Made by a program: the position numbers and the translations under genes. From positions 380-64,379 of the forward strand of contig JAOIVE010000004.1 in the NCBI GenBank assembly GCA_028223895.1: a DNA stretch of 64,000 nt, written 5' to 3'. The notes below the pieces were generated by a model. The model ran no database searches. It was not told where the DNA came from and worked only from the letters and a program-made list of their open reading frames with translations. This document shows, piece after piece, positions 9,203-19,083 of this stretch (position 1 is the first letter of the stretch; each line of letters begins with the position of its first letter). The stretch comes from Rickettsiales bacterium. Its GTDB lineage: Bacteria; Pseudomonadota; Alphaproteobacteria; Rickettsiales; UBA6187.

Positions 9203-11116
9203 TTATGGGAGAGTAACTCCCCATTTCTTTGACAAATAATCTTCTATATTAGTTCTTTCAACAGATGATAATGCCCTATCGTAAATTATCAGCTCTGCAA
9301 GATCACCATTATAATAATCAGTGCCAGAACGACTAAATCCTCTTCCAATGCTTCCATTGCTCCCAAACAGCATAGGATTTTTATCCGCATTACTATTGCT
9401 TGCAACAACCCCCGCTCTGACTGACCTTATTGAATGACCTGAACTCATATCAAATAAGGCTGTAATAATTCTAGCCTGATTTGTAGTATTTGATATGGCA
9501 GCATCAATATCATTGTTCCACTGCGCTAACGTAAAACCAGTATCAGTACGATAACCTATATGAAGAGCATTATTATCACTTCCATTATTAATGGTGCCCA
9601 TAACCATCATAGTGCCTGTAGTATTTCTTTTTTCTACAAAGATTATGGTATAATTATTATCAACGATAAAAGTCAGGTCAATATCCATAAAATCATTACT
9701 GCCATCAAAGCGCACAACTTCCCTATCTGTATTTATAATATTGGTTTTATATAATGGCATGCGGTCACTATCATTTTGAATAGCATGGTTATTACGACCG
9801 CTTTTATCCTTCCAGCAGGCAACTGAATTGCCATCAGCCGTTACTAATTTATCCGCAGCACATGTCGGATCTGTGTATAATGTGCTTGTATCATTACCAT
9901 CAAGCCAAAGTCTTAAGCCATATGTAGGAAGACCAACTGACGACCAGTCAACCGCACATGATCCATCCCAGTTATTTGCCGCACAGCTACATGAGCCTGT
10001 AGGGGCATGATAAGTACTTGAATTATCAGCACTAACTCCGGGGCAGCGCGGACCATTCCAGCCAGAAGTAACTCCCGTTACTAATCCATAATATTTTACA
10101 CATACTTTTTGCATTGCCAGCATAAGACTAAGAGCAACCGCATCACCCTTATTTTCAATATAATCTCCACTACCTAATTGCTGCGAAGTTATTTGCGCAC
10201 GCATATCTACAAATTCTGCCGCTGTGAAATTACGCAACATTTGAGAGTTAGCATTACATTCTGCTGCTGTTAATAAATAAGAGCCTTTTGTAGATGTTAC
10301 TGATTCAATTTGTTGCTTAGTTCTAAAATAAATAATATCATCATATGCAGAGCTGTAATCAGCCTTATAGTATGTAGTGTCTGCATCGCCATTTTCCTGC
10401 TCATTAGCTCCACCATCATTAGCAAGCTGAGCACCGCTTGCAAGATATGCACCCTTGCCGTTTGAACCGTGGCTGACAACTACATATGCCGCACCTTTAG
10501 TAATTGTACCAGATGGGTTATTAACTGTTATATTTCCTGCATTATTTGCATAATCAAGCTCAGTACATCCTTCAAGCTCGCTCATTGCCTGAGTGTAATT
10601 TCCTGTTACGTTTAAATCTGTTCCACACAAAGTATCGCTCACATGATATGTAAATCGCCTTCCCCACCCATCATACATATAGCTTGCATCAAGACCTAAA
10701 GACTTTGCCGGCACTGAACCTAGAGAATTTGGACAGTCAACGCCATAAGTTGTAAGAGAGTTTATTGTTGAGCTACTGGTATCTAAATCTTCGGTACCAT
10801 AGTCATTATCATAAAAATTTGTACTCGAAGCCATTGTATTATCTTCACGCAAGAGCTTGTTAGCAGGACAAGGAAGTCTGTTTCTTTGCACTCTAAAGGC
10901 TTCAATTGCAGAGGCAATTTCAGAAATTTTTCTTTGTGTTTCAATCGAATTAACCGCATCACTAGTGGTATTAGGCCGCGTCCATGCCAAATAGCCAACC
11001 GCAATAGTTGCAGCAACGCTTATAACGACCGATAACTCAATAAGGCTAAAACCTCCTTGCTGAGAACTTACATTTAAGCGTTTGAATAGATTTCTTAAGT
11101 ACTTAAAAGGCCTCAT
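9203..11116 (-). CDS. Modular type IV pilin/pseudopilin-like protein with Cys-rich middle region and one C-terminal LamG-like module (paralog of the downstream giant gene)
   Basis: MRPFKYLRNLFKRLNVSSQQGG/FSLIELSVVISVAATIAVGYLAW is a prepilin signal. The core shared with its neighbour includes LPCPA..., VPAKSLGL...YDGWGRRFTYHV and VVVSHGSNG. C-terminal module: LWLDGND...CWKDKSG...FDGSNDFMDIDL...GDLAELIIYDRALS...YLSKKWG. Start chosen at the Met 14 codons inside the ORF (11116); 11158 is also possible. Confidence 0.7.
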   Translation of the reverse strand: MRPFKYLRNLFKRLNVSSQQGGFSLIELSVVISVAATIAVGYLAWTRPNTTSDAVNSIETQRKISEIASAIEAFRVQRNRLPCPANKLLREDNTMASSTNFYDNDYGTEDLDTSSSTINSLTTYGVDCPNSLGSVPAKSLGLDASYMYDGWGRRFTYHVSDTLCGTDLNVTGNYTQAMSELEGCTELDYANNAGNITVNNPSGTITKGAAYVVVSHGSNGKGAYLASGAQLANDGGANEQENGDADTTYYKADYSSAYDDIIYFRTKQQIESVTSTKGSYLLTAAECNANSQMLRNFTAAEFVDMRAQITSQQLGSGDYIENKGDAVALSLMLAMQKVCVKYYGLVTGVTSGWNGPRCPGVSADNSSTYHAPTGSCSCAANNWDGSCAVDWSSVGLPTYGLRLWLDGNDTSTLYTDPTCAADKLVTADGNSVACWKDKSGRNNHAIQNDSDRMPLYKTNIINTDREVVRFDGSNDFMDIDLTFIVDNNYTIIFVEKRNTTGTMMVMGTINNGSDNNALHIGYRTDTGFTLAQWNNDIDAAISNTTNQARIITALFDMSSGHSIRSVRAGVVASNSNADKNPMLFGSNGSIGRGFSRSGTDYYNGDLAELIIYDRALSSVERTNIEDYLSKKWGVTLP

Positions 11117-11296
11117 AACCCCTATATCCTTATAAGAATAGGTTAAAATAACGGCCAATCCATTGTATCATAAAACTCTTGCAGCATCACTAATTTTTAT
11201 ACAAAAAGACCCAAATGATTGAAATAATCTCAAGCAAAAGAAACTATATATGAATTAACAAACTTTCATTTACTATATTACTTTATTTTTCAGCAA

Positions 11297-13198
11297 CTAA
11301 AACCTTAAAGTAACAGTACCATATACAGACCTGCCTGCGCGTGATTCCATTGCATTAACGATAGCTGCATTTTGCGGCTGGGAAGTGCTTATATCCTCAT
11401 TTAGCAAGTTAAAACCATATATGGAAATATCCATATTTTTTGGCATTGATGAAACAAATTTATATGGCTCAATAATAATGCTAGTTGTAAGCAAATGATA
11501 GCTTTCAGGCTTTGGGTTGCGCGCAGCATTTTCTGTATAGGTTGCCCCCTCACCAACATATCTGTCAAAAACGTCCCACTTAATGCCATCTATGCCAGTA
11601 TAAGTGAATCCGGCCTTAGCAACCCAGTTTGGCGATGCAATAACATCCTTAGTACCAGAAATGTCCTCATTGGCCTGATACGTGTATGAACCTTGCAAAT
11701 GCCAATCCTTATATAATTTTGCCTTACCTTCAAAAGTGAAGCCTTTTGAATCAATATCCGATCCATTAACATAACGAGTACTAATAATGCTTATCTTATT
11801 ACTGTAAGTGCTTTTAAACAGTGTAAGAGCCCAGCTATAAGCTTGATCCTTATAGGATAATTGCGCATCGTATGTTTTGACAGTTTCAGGCCGCAGCCCC
11901 TCATCTCCTACAGCGACACCCGGAATGTTAATAAATTGCTCAGCCGGATAAGGAGAGCGAAATGCTTCACTATAGAGCAATTTTGCACTCCAGTTTGTAT
12001 TAAATGTTAAGATAGAACCTGCACGCGGTGAAAAATCTCTTTTGCCCCCTTCAGTTTTGTTAACCTGAACCCCGGCAATAAGTTTTAGCCAATCTAATGG
12101 TCTATAATCAAGCTGTGTATAACCACCAAATCTTTTTGAACTATAATTAGTTGAAAGCAGTAAATTCTCACCTTTTAATAATTTATAGGTACCACCCACC
12201 AGCAGACTGATTTTATCTGTTATTTTTCCATCTAAAAGCAATTCAGCGTCAGAGCTGTCCACATCATAATTGGCTACGCCGCTATATAACGCTTTTATAT
12301 TTGTAAATGACCCATTGAAAGTAGCCTTCCAATTATCGGAAATATTATGGCTATATCCAAGATCTACAAAGTTCTGCCGCTGCCACCCTTTTTTAAATGG
12401 ATATGCATAAGGCAATGAGAACATATCCTGATTTAAATAGCTGCTCATAGCATTTAGGGTAAGATCTTTATAGTTGGCTCGCACCACATAACTTGTATCG
12501 GTTGAGCGCCTGTTATCAGAACTATTGACGGAAGAAAAGTCTAAACCATGAATTTTATAACCTTCGGTCTTTCCTAATAAAGCCGCCGAATAAATATTAT
12601 AATCTTCACCAGCTGAACCAAAACTTAATTCTGTTCCTCGACTATTATAAGTCCCATAACTTGCAGAAACCTGCCCTTCAGCCTTTGAAGAGGCCTGCTT
12701 GGTAATTATATTCACAACTGCACTAACAGCATTTGTACCGTAAAGCACAGAACCCGGGCCGCGAATAAGCTCAATATTTTCAATAGCGCTCAGAGGAAAA
12801 TTCCTTAAGATGTTCATATCATTCCCACCGGTGAAAGGATCACGCACCGGACGACCATTTATGAGCAATAATGTGTGATAGTTGCCAGTTGCAGATTTAT
12901 CTCCTCTAAGTGCAACAGCATGTTCACCGGTAAATGCATTTTTACTGCCAAATACACCTGGCATACGCTCCAGCAACTCAAATACACTCCTTGCACCTGA
13001 AGTTATTATTTCATCATTAGTCAAAACATTAACTATACCAGGTGCCTCAGATATTTTTTCATCGCGCTTGGAGGCAACTGAAACGGTTAGCTCTTCTAAA
13101 TCAAGGCTAAAAAGCTCATCAATCTCTTCATTACCGGCATGTGCAGACTGCGCCATAAACGCCATAATACATAAAAAAACACCCAATTTAATATTCAC
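11297..13198 (-). CDS. TonB-dependent outer-membrane receptor (substrate unknown)
   Basis: Signal peptide ...AQSAHA/GNEE, TonB-box-like ELTVSVAS, a plug domain (PGIVNVLTNDEI...RMPGV), beta-barrel repeats and a C-terminal aromatic residue (TVTLRF). Confidence 0.85.
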   Translation of the reverse strand: MNIKLGVFLCIMAFMAQSAHAGNEEIDELFSLDLEELTVSVASKRDEKISEAPGIVNVLTNDEIITSGARSVFELLERMPGVFGSKNAFTGEHAVALRGDKSATGNYHTLLLINGRPVRDPFTGGNDMNILRNFPLSAIENIELIRGPGSVLYGTNAVSAVVNIITKQASSKAEGQVSASYGTYNSRGTELSFGSAGEDYNIYSAALLGKTEGYKIHGLDFSSVNSSDNRRSTDTSYVVRANYKDLTLNAMSSYLNQDMFSLPYAYPFKKGWQRQNFVDLGYSHNISDNWKATFNGSFTNIKALYSGVANYDVDSSDAELLLDGKITDKISLLVGGTYKLLKGENLLLSTNYSSKRFGGYTQLDYRPLDWLKLIAGVQVNKTEGGKRDFSPRAGSILTFNTNWSAKLLYSEAFRSPYPAEQFINIPGVAVGDEGLRPETVKTYDAQLSYKDQAYSWALTLFKSTYSNKISIISTRYVNGSDIDSKGFTFEGKAKLYKDWHLQGSYTYQANEDISGTKDVIASPNWVAKAGFTYTGIDGIKWDVFDRYVGEGATYTENAARNPKPESYHLLTTSIIIEPYKFVSSMPKNMDISIYGFNLLNEDISTSQPQNAAIVNAMESRAGRSVYGTVTLRF

Positions 13199-13407
13199 GA
13201 CACCCCCTTAAAACCTCAGCAACCAAACTTAATTAAAAATCGCACAGACCAATCTTAATTCAATCTATGGTTACAGAACGTTTATGGCAACAATAAAATT
13301 CTACTGTATATAAGGTGTCTGGTTGGTTACAAAAAAATTTTATAGGAATGCGGCGATTTATTATTAACTTTTGACGTAAGAAAAGAATTTCATATAGATG
13401 ATAAAGA

Positions 13408-13484
13408 TGGTAGGGGTAGAGGGACTTGAACCCCCGACAAAGACGTTATGAGCGTCCTGCTCTAACCAACTGAGCTATACCCCT
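13408..13484 (-). tRNA. tRNA with CAT anticodon: elongator tRNA-Met, or tRNA-Ile2 if C34 is lysidinylated; not an initiator
   Basis: I folded the 77-nt cloverleaf by hand: acceptor AGGGGTA/TACCCCT, D-arm GCTC-AGTTGGTTA-GAGC, anticodon stem GGACG/CGTCT with loop CTCATAA, T-arm GGGGG-TTCAAGT-CCCTC, and an encoded ACCA. Positions 1 and 72 are paired, which argues against fMet. Confidence 0.85.
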
Positions 13485-13571
13485 ACGATAAGCGGTAAAG
13501 GATTTATATAGTCCTTTACAAAAAAGTCGAGAAAAATCTATACTATATTTAGAAATTTATAGGAACATCTT

Positions 13572-15074
13572 ATGAAAAGATCATATATTTTACCGTTAAT
13601 AATATTTTCAATCGCATCAATTGCCAATGCTGCCGACAAAACCAGCATTACCATATATAGCAAATCATCGCCAGGTTCTATAAACCCGCAATCTTATAGA
13701 CCAACTCCCGGCAGAACTGCCAATTATAACATTCCAGGATATGCAATAGTAAAAGAAATCCGCCAGATATCTTTACCAAAGCGCGATAGTGAGGTTAAAT
13801 TTTCTGATGTTGCTGCATATATAGACCCCACAACCGTATCTTTTAAATCTTTAACCGATCCAAGAGGAACATCCGTTTTAGAGCAAAATTATCATTTTGA
13901 TTTAGTAAACAGGGAAAAGTTACTACAAAAATATATTGGCAGCCAAATAGAGGTTGAACAAATTCAGGGCAGTGATATAGAAAAAATATCGGGAAAATTA
14001 TTAAGCAGCTATGGCGGCATAACCTTAGAAAACGATTCAGGCAATGTTATTGTTCTAAGTAATTATGCTAATTTAAAATTTCCTTCATTACCAGGCGGCC
14101 TTATTACCAAACCGACTCTCATATGGGATGTTCAGACAGGCAAAACCGGCATTCATGATATAGAAGTTAGCTATCAGACTGATGGTGTAAGCTGGTGGGC
14201 GGACTATAACGGAACTTTTAGCAATGGAAATGATGAAAATAGTGGCTATCTTGATCTTGGGGCATGGGTTAGCATATTAAATAAATCCGGTACAACATAT
14301 AATAACGCTAAATTAAAACTTATCGCAGGAGAAGTAAACAGGGTGCAGCAAAACCAGGTGCAGCAAATGGACTATATGCGCAAAAGCGAAGGAATAATGG
14401 CAGCTCAAGCTGGCTTTACTGAAAAGTCTTTTTTTGAATTTCATCTTTATACTCTGGGAAAAAACACAACAATTCCTGATAATTCAACAAAACAGGTAGA
14501 ATTATTTAATAAAGTTACCAATATCCCTGTTAGAAAAAAATATATATATCAGGCTTCAACTGCACGTTTTTACGGTGTAAGCAATTATCATAAATCATAT
14601 GGAAGTGATTCGGGCAGCAATGTCGAAGTATATTTAGAATTTAAAAATGATAGCAGGTATAATTTGGGCATGCCTCTTCCTGCAGGAAGATTAAGAATTA
14701 ACAAAATTGATTCTGATGATGACTCACTTGAATTTATTGGTGAAGATGTGATTGGCCATACGCCGAAAGATGAGGATATAAAAATTAAACTTGGCAAAGC
14801 ATTTGATATATTAGGCTCACGCAAGCAGCTATCTTTCAAAACCGACAAACAAAACCGCGTAACCGAAGAAACAATAGAGATAACCTTAAGATCGCATAAA
14901 GAATCTCCTGTTAGCATCAATGTAATTGAAAATTTATATAGAGGGCCAAACTGGAAAATTTCTAACGCAACTATTTCTCATAAAGAAATAGACGCCAATA
15001 TCATTGAATATGTTGTTAATTTGCAGGCCGACCAGGAAAAGAAAATCCGCTATACAGTTACATATAATTGGTAA
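13572..15074 (+). CDS. Secreted/periplasmic protein of unknown function, possibly DUF4139-like
   Basis: 500 aa with a clear signal peptide (IFSIASIANA/ADK) and beta-rich composition. The family assignment is from memory of DUF4139-type proteins and is unverified. Confidence 0.45.
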   Translation: MKRSYILPLIIFSIASIANAADKTSITIYSKSSPGSINPQSYRPTPGRTANYNIPGYAIVKEIRQISLPKRDSEVKFSDVAAYIDPTTVSFKSLTDPRGTSVLEQNYHFDLVNREKLLQKYIGSQIEVEQIQGSDIEKISGKLLSSYGGITLENDSGNVIVLSNYANLKFPSLPGGLITKPTLIWDVQTGKTGIHDIEVSYQTDGVSWWADYNGTFSNGNDENSGYLDLGAWVSILNKSGTTYNNAKLKLIAGEVNRVQQNQVQQMDYMRKSEGIMAAQAGFTEKSFFEFHLYTLGKNTTIPDNSTKQVELFNKVTNIPVRKKYIYQASTARFYGVSNYHKSYGSDSGSNVEVYLEFKNDSRYNLGMPLPAGRLRINKIDSDDDSLEFIGEDVIGHTPKDEDIKIKLGKAFDILGSRKQLSFKTDKQNRVTEETIEITLRSHKESPVSINVIENLYRGPNWKISNATISHKEIDANIIEYVVNLQADQEKKIRYTVTYNW

Positions 15075-15175
15075 ATTATAATAAAATTTATAAAAAACAA
15101 ATTTTGTAACAAAATATTTATATTTCTGCATTATACAATCTCAACGGGCGGTTGCTATATATTTATAGGAATATA

Positions 15176-15448
15176 ATGACAACAGATATAGACATAGTTA
15201 AAAATGCCTTAGATGCAAAGGGTTATGTAATCAGGCTAATAATGAGTAAAAATGACTCTGGTCGTGATATTTTTACCTATGCGCTTTTCAACAAGAAGCT
15301 TCTTAAAGAAATAACATCAAAACTTGGAGCAGATTCTCTGGACGTAGAAAGACATGGATCTATTCTGCTTCAGGGTAGAGGAATACCTACATTAAAACAT
15401 GCAGAAAAGGCCCTAAGAGTTTTTGAAGAAGAATTTTTGGTAGTATAA
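15176..15448 (+). CDS. Hypothetical small protein (90 aa)
   Basis: ORF with an ATG at 15176 and no recognised motif. Confidence 0.35.
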   Translation: MTTDIDIVKNALDAKGYVIRLIMSKNDSGRDIFTYALFNKKLLKEITSKLGADSLDVERHGSILLQGRGIPTLKHAEKALRVFEEEFLVV

Positions 15449-15477
15449 AATATTAGTCCTAAAAAAGCTTCCAAGAC

Positions 15478-17319
15478 TTATAAGGAATTTTCCTGACCAT
15501 CATGGGGAGGAAAAATTAATTTAACTGTAGTTCCCACATCTTCTTTACTGTCAATCTCAACTCTACCGCCATGTAGCTTTAATATATCTACAGTTATTGC
15601 CACGCCCAGACCTGTTCCACCACCTTCTGCTTTATGAACATTTTTTGCCTGACCAAAACGCGTCATTATATTTTTGATATCATCCTGAGCTATTCCTGCT
15701 CCATAATCCTGCACCTCTATAACAAATTCATCATTTTTGGCAAATGCCCTTATATAAACATTTGAACCATCTTTTGAATATTTAATAGAATTTGAAAGAA
15801 TATTAACGCATGCCTGTATAATTTTTATTTTATCACAATAAATATCTGCAAAACTTTTATCTAGCTGTTTTTCTATAGTAATATTTCTTTTAGCAGCATT
15901 ACTGGTAACGCTTTTTATAGCAGAGTTTATAATTTTTGCCGTATTTTCTTTCTTTATATATGCTTTCATCATTCCAGCTTCATATTTTGAAGCGTCCAGA
16001 ACCTGCTCAATTAAGGCCAGTAAATATTTACCTTGAGCGTGTATATCATCAACATATTCAGAATATTTATCATTTAGATCGCCAAATAACTTTTGCTGCA
16101 TTACCTCAGAAAAACCAATTACTGCATTTAAAGGGGTTCTTAGCTCATGACTCATATTAGATAAAAACGCACTTTTAATATTTAATGCATTTTCGAGTTC
16201 TTTTTGCATCTGATTTAATTCTTTTATGAAAATGGCAACTTTTCCCAGCTGCTCTGCTAATGCATTATACTCATAAATATTGGTTTTAGGCATAACAACA
16301 TCTGTGTCACCTTTTGATAACTTAATTGCAGCATTAAAAAGATCTGTAACCGGGGTAATAATTTTACGCTTAAAGAAATAAAGCAACAAAACTATGAAAA
16401 TAAATCCCATATATATGCTGCTTTCAACTCTTAATGCTACAGTTTCTCTAAATTCTTTATCAAGAACATGCTGCTCATCACCAATTAAAATAGTAAATGG
16501 ATATTTATAATTTAAGCGATAAAAACTATATCTGATATTACCAATTTTAATTGGCTCCCTTAATAAGTCAGCATCTTTGCTTTCATATTTTATATAGTTT
16601 AATTTCTCTTTCAGACTTTTTTTATCTATGTATTTTTTATTATTTAAAGAGGCTATCTGAACCTCAAAATCTTTATCCAATATAATAAAGCTTGTACCTT
16701 GCTGTGATAATGATTTTTCCAATTTGCGAGCCAGTTTACCTGTATTAATACCCATTGATATTATGCCCAGAAAATTATTCTGCTTATCTGTAACACCAAA
16801 ACCAACGGGAATAATTTTTTCTCCGCTGAGCATTCCTATATCTACTTTTGATAAATGAACCTTCCATGGCTTTTTGGGCGCATCGGTCATCCAGCTGCGT
16901 TTATCTTTTGGTATTTGCTTTGGATTCTTAATCACACCGTGGGCGCTACTTGCAATCATAAACCCTTCAGGATCTATAAAATCAAAAAATGTCCATGTAA
17001 AAATATCCTGACCATTTCTATCAATGTTAATTTTATAAGATAACAGAACATCAGCTGCGGTTTGCGCATCATTAACACCTTTATTGGATATTTTTTCCCC
17101 AAAAAAGTGCATAAAATTTTCTATATAGCCAAAAGTCTCCTCTAAAGAGCCAACTATCCTGTCACCTTCCTGACCATAACGAAACTCTCTATCTTTTTGC
17201 AAAGTTTGATAGTTCGACCAGGTTCTCCAGCCCGATATTATAATCACTATAATAATCGCAACAAATGTAAAAAGAAAATAATCCCTTGATAATTTATGCT
17301 CTGTTGGCAGTATTTTCAT
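15478..17319 (-). CDS. Membrane sensor histidine kinase with a periplasmic Cache-like sensor domain
   Basis: Two TM segments flank a roughly 270-aa extracytoplasmic region. H-box FLSNMSHELRTPLNAVIGFSE; ATPase boxes NILSNSIKYS, VQDYGAGI and GGTGLGVAI. Confidence 0.85.
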   Translation of the reverse strand: MKILPTEHKLSRDYFLFTFVAIIIVIIISGWRTWSNYQTLQKDREFRYGQEGDRIVGSLEETFGYIENFMHFFGEKISNKGVNDAQTAADVLLSYKINIDRNGQDIFTWTFFDFIDPEGFMIASSAHGVIKNPKQIPKDKRSWMTDAPKKPWKVHLSKVDIGMLSGEKIIPVGFGVTDKQNNFLGIISMGINTGKLARKLEKSLSQQGTSFIILDKDFEVQIASLNNKKYIDKKSLKEKLNYIKYESKDADLLREPIKIGNIRYSFYRLNYKYPFTILIGDEQHVLDKEFRETVALRVESSIYMGFIFIVLLLYFFKRKIITPVTDLFNAAIKLSKGDTDVVMPKTNIYEYNALAEQLGKVAIFIKELNQMQKELENALNIKSAFLSNMSHELRTPLNAVIGFSEVMQQKLFGDLNDKYSEYVDDIHAQGKYLLALIEQVLDASKYEAGMMKAYIKKENTAKIINSAIKSVTSNAAKRNITIEKQLDKSFADIYCDKIKIIQACVNILSNSIKYSKDGSNVYIRAFAKNDEFVIEVQDYGAGIAQDDIKNIMTRFGQAKNVHKAEGGGTGLGVAITVDILKLHGGRVEIDSKEDVGTTVKLIFPPHDGQENSL

Positions 17320-17483
17320 AAAATTAATACTTTAAACTCTATTTAGATAAGCATACACTTATATTATTTATAATTTATTAGCAAATTAGTAAATTTATCT
17401 GATATCCTTAGACAAACATGGTTTGTTTGACATATAACACATATAAGTTAGAAGTTCATTTATTATAAAATTAAATTACATAT

Positions 17484-17804
17484 ATGTTTGGTATATCATT
17501 TACAGAGTTTTTTATTATTGCAACCGTCGCCCTACTAGTTATAGACCCTAAAGACCTGCCTAAAGTTGTTAAAACAATAAAGAAGTGGATAAAAGAGATA
17601 AAATCAATATCTGAGCAAATGCTGTCATTAGCCTCCGATGATAAAAATCTGGGTGACTTAAAATCCGAAGCTAAAAAGATAAATCAGGACATCAGAACCA
17701 TAATTGACCTTGATGGCATCCCAAGAGAAGCTTATGATATAGATGATATAATGCCAGAATTAAATAAATCTTCAAAAAATAAAAATAATGACCACGAAAT
17801 ATAA
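17484..17804 (+). CDS. tatB: Twin-arginine translocase TatA/TatB-family protein (TatB-like)
   Basis: MFGISFTEFFIIATVALLVIDPKDLPKVVKTIKKW matches the TatA/B TM and hinge pattern, followed by an amphipathic and then acidic tail. Confidence 0.65.
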   Translation: MFGISFTEFFIIATVALLVIDPKDLPKVVKTIKKWIKEIKSISEQMLSLASDDKNLGDLKSEAKKINQDIRTIIDLDGIPREAYDIDDIMPELNKSSKNKNNDHEI

Positions 17805-18246
17805 AAATATAGATTTAAATAACACAGAACATATATCTTCTATAAAGAGTATGCTCTGCGACTATTTTGGTGAAATAGGAATATCTTTAGATGACCCAAA
17901 AACAAATTTTGTAAAACATATAGAAAAAATATATCAACCACCCAATTATATATTAGCTGCTTTTGATGGGCAAAAAATTATTGGATTTGTATTTTTAAAA
18001 TCTATTGGTGAAAATATTGGAGAAATACAGCAATTATATGTATCAAATCAACAAAGAGGAAAAAAAATAGGACAATTACTTTTAGAAAACATAATAAAGA
18101 CTGGGTTAAAAGAATTTAATGCTTTGCGGTTAGATTCTAAATATGATTTAGTTCAGGCCATAGCTCTTTATCGCAAATTGGGGTTTTATGAAATTGAGCG
18201 CTATAATGACAATCCCCATGCTCAGATATTTTTTGAAATTAGTTAA
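17788..18246 (+). CDS. GNAT family N-acetyltransferase
   Basis: Acetyl-CoA motif A QLYVSNQQRGKKIGQLLLE and C-terminal YRKLGFYEI. It overlaps the tatB-like 3' end by 17 nt. Confidence 0.75.
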   Translation: MTTKYKNIDLNNTEHISSIKSMLCDYFGEIGISLDDPKTNFVKHIEKIYQPPNYILAAFDGQKIIGFVFLKSIGENIGEIQQLYVSNQQRGKKIGQLLLENIIKTGLKEFNALRLDSKYDLVQAIALYRKLGFYEIERYNDNPHAQIFFEIS

Positions 18247-18264
18247 TATTACAAGGAGGAATAA

Positions 18265-18726
18265 ATGACTGATAGCATGATCGGCAAAAAAGCACCGGAA
18301 TTTAACTTGCCTACGGATGGGGATGGCTCTGCAAGCCTTGCAGACTTTAAAGGCAAAAAGCTTGTTATATATTTTTATCCAAAAGACGACACTCCTGGCT
18401 GCACTCAGGAATCAAAAGATTTCCGCGATGAAGTTAAATCATTTGAGGCGGCAAATACGGTAATTTTAGGAGTTTCAAAAGATTCTGTTAAAAAGCATGA
18501 CAAATTTAAGGAAAAATACTGCCTGCCTTTTAAGCTTATTTCCGATGAAGAAACAAAAATGATCCAGGATTATGGTGTATGGAAAGAAAAATCCATGTAT
18601 GGAAAAATATATATGGGTATAGAGCGCTCCACATTTGTAATAGATGAAAATGGTGTAATTACTAATGTCTGGCGCAACGTAAAGGTTGGTGGGCATGTTA
18701 AAGAAGTGTTAGATGCTGTAAAATAA
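18265..18726 (+). CDS. bcp: Thioredoxin-dependent thiol peroxidase (peroxiredoxin Bcp)
   Basis: GKKLVIYFYPKDDTPGCTQE carries the peroxidatic Cys motif. The 153-aa length fits. Confidence 0.9.
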   Translation: MTDSMIGKKAPEFNLPTDGDGSASLADFKGKKLVIYFYPKDDTPGCTQESKDFRDEVKSFEAANTVILGVSKDSVKKHDKFKEKYCLPFKLISDEETKMIQDYGVWKEKSMYGKIYMGIERSTFVIDENGVITNVWRNVKVGGHVKEVLDAVK

Positions 18727-18861
18727 CATCAATTTTATACCAATAAGCGGTGCATAAACGCAAATATAAGGTTTTTATCCGATAAATATAACTTTTATCT
18801 TGTATGAGCGCTAGTTTTAGCTATTTATTAAGCTAACTGCTTAACTTTAAAGAGAATATTT

Positions 18862-19083
18862 ATGGCTAAAGAAGAACTAATAGAATTTGAAGGAGTTGTT
18901 TTAGAACTGCTTCCAAATGCTATGTTTCGTATAAAATTAGAAAATGATCACGAGGTTTTGGGTCACACATCCGGACGCATGCGTAAAAACCGTATCCGCG
19001 TTTTGGTTGGAGATAAAGTTACTGTTGAAATGACTCCTTACGACCTTACTAAAGCACGCGTTGTTCGTCGCCATAAAGATTAG
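18862..19083 (+). CDS. infA: Translation initiation factor IF-1
   Basis: 73 aa: [53 protein letters not shown]. Confidence 0.95.
   Translation: MAKEELIEFEGVVLELLPNAMFRIKLENDHEVLGHTSGRMRKNRIRVLVGDKVTVEMTPYDLTKARVVRRHKD

Noticed and set aside
13199-13407. A cobalamin riboswitch or Fur/iron box might lie upstream of the TonB-dependent receptor.
   Set aside because: I found no B12-box-like GCCACTG core on the relevant strand and no convincing GATAATGATAATCATTATC-like dyad. The region is simply AT-rich.
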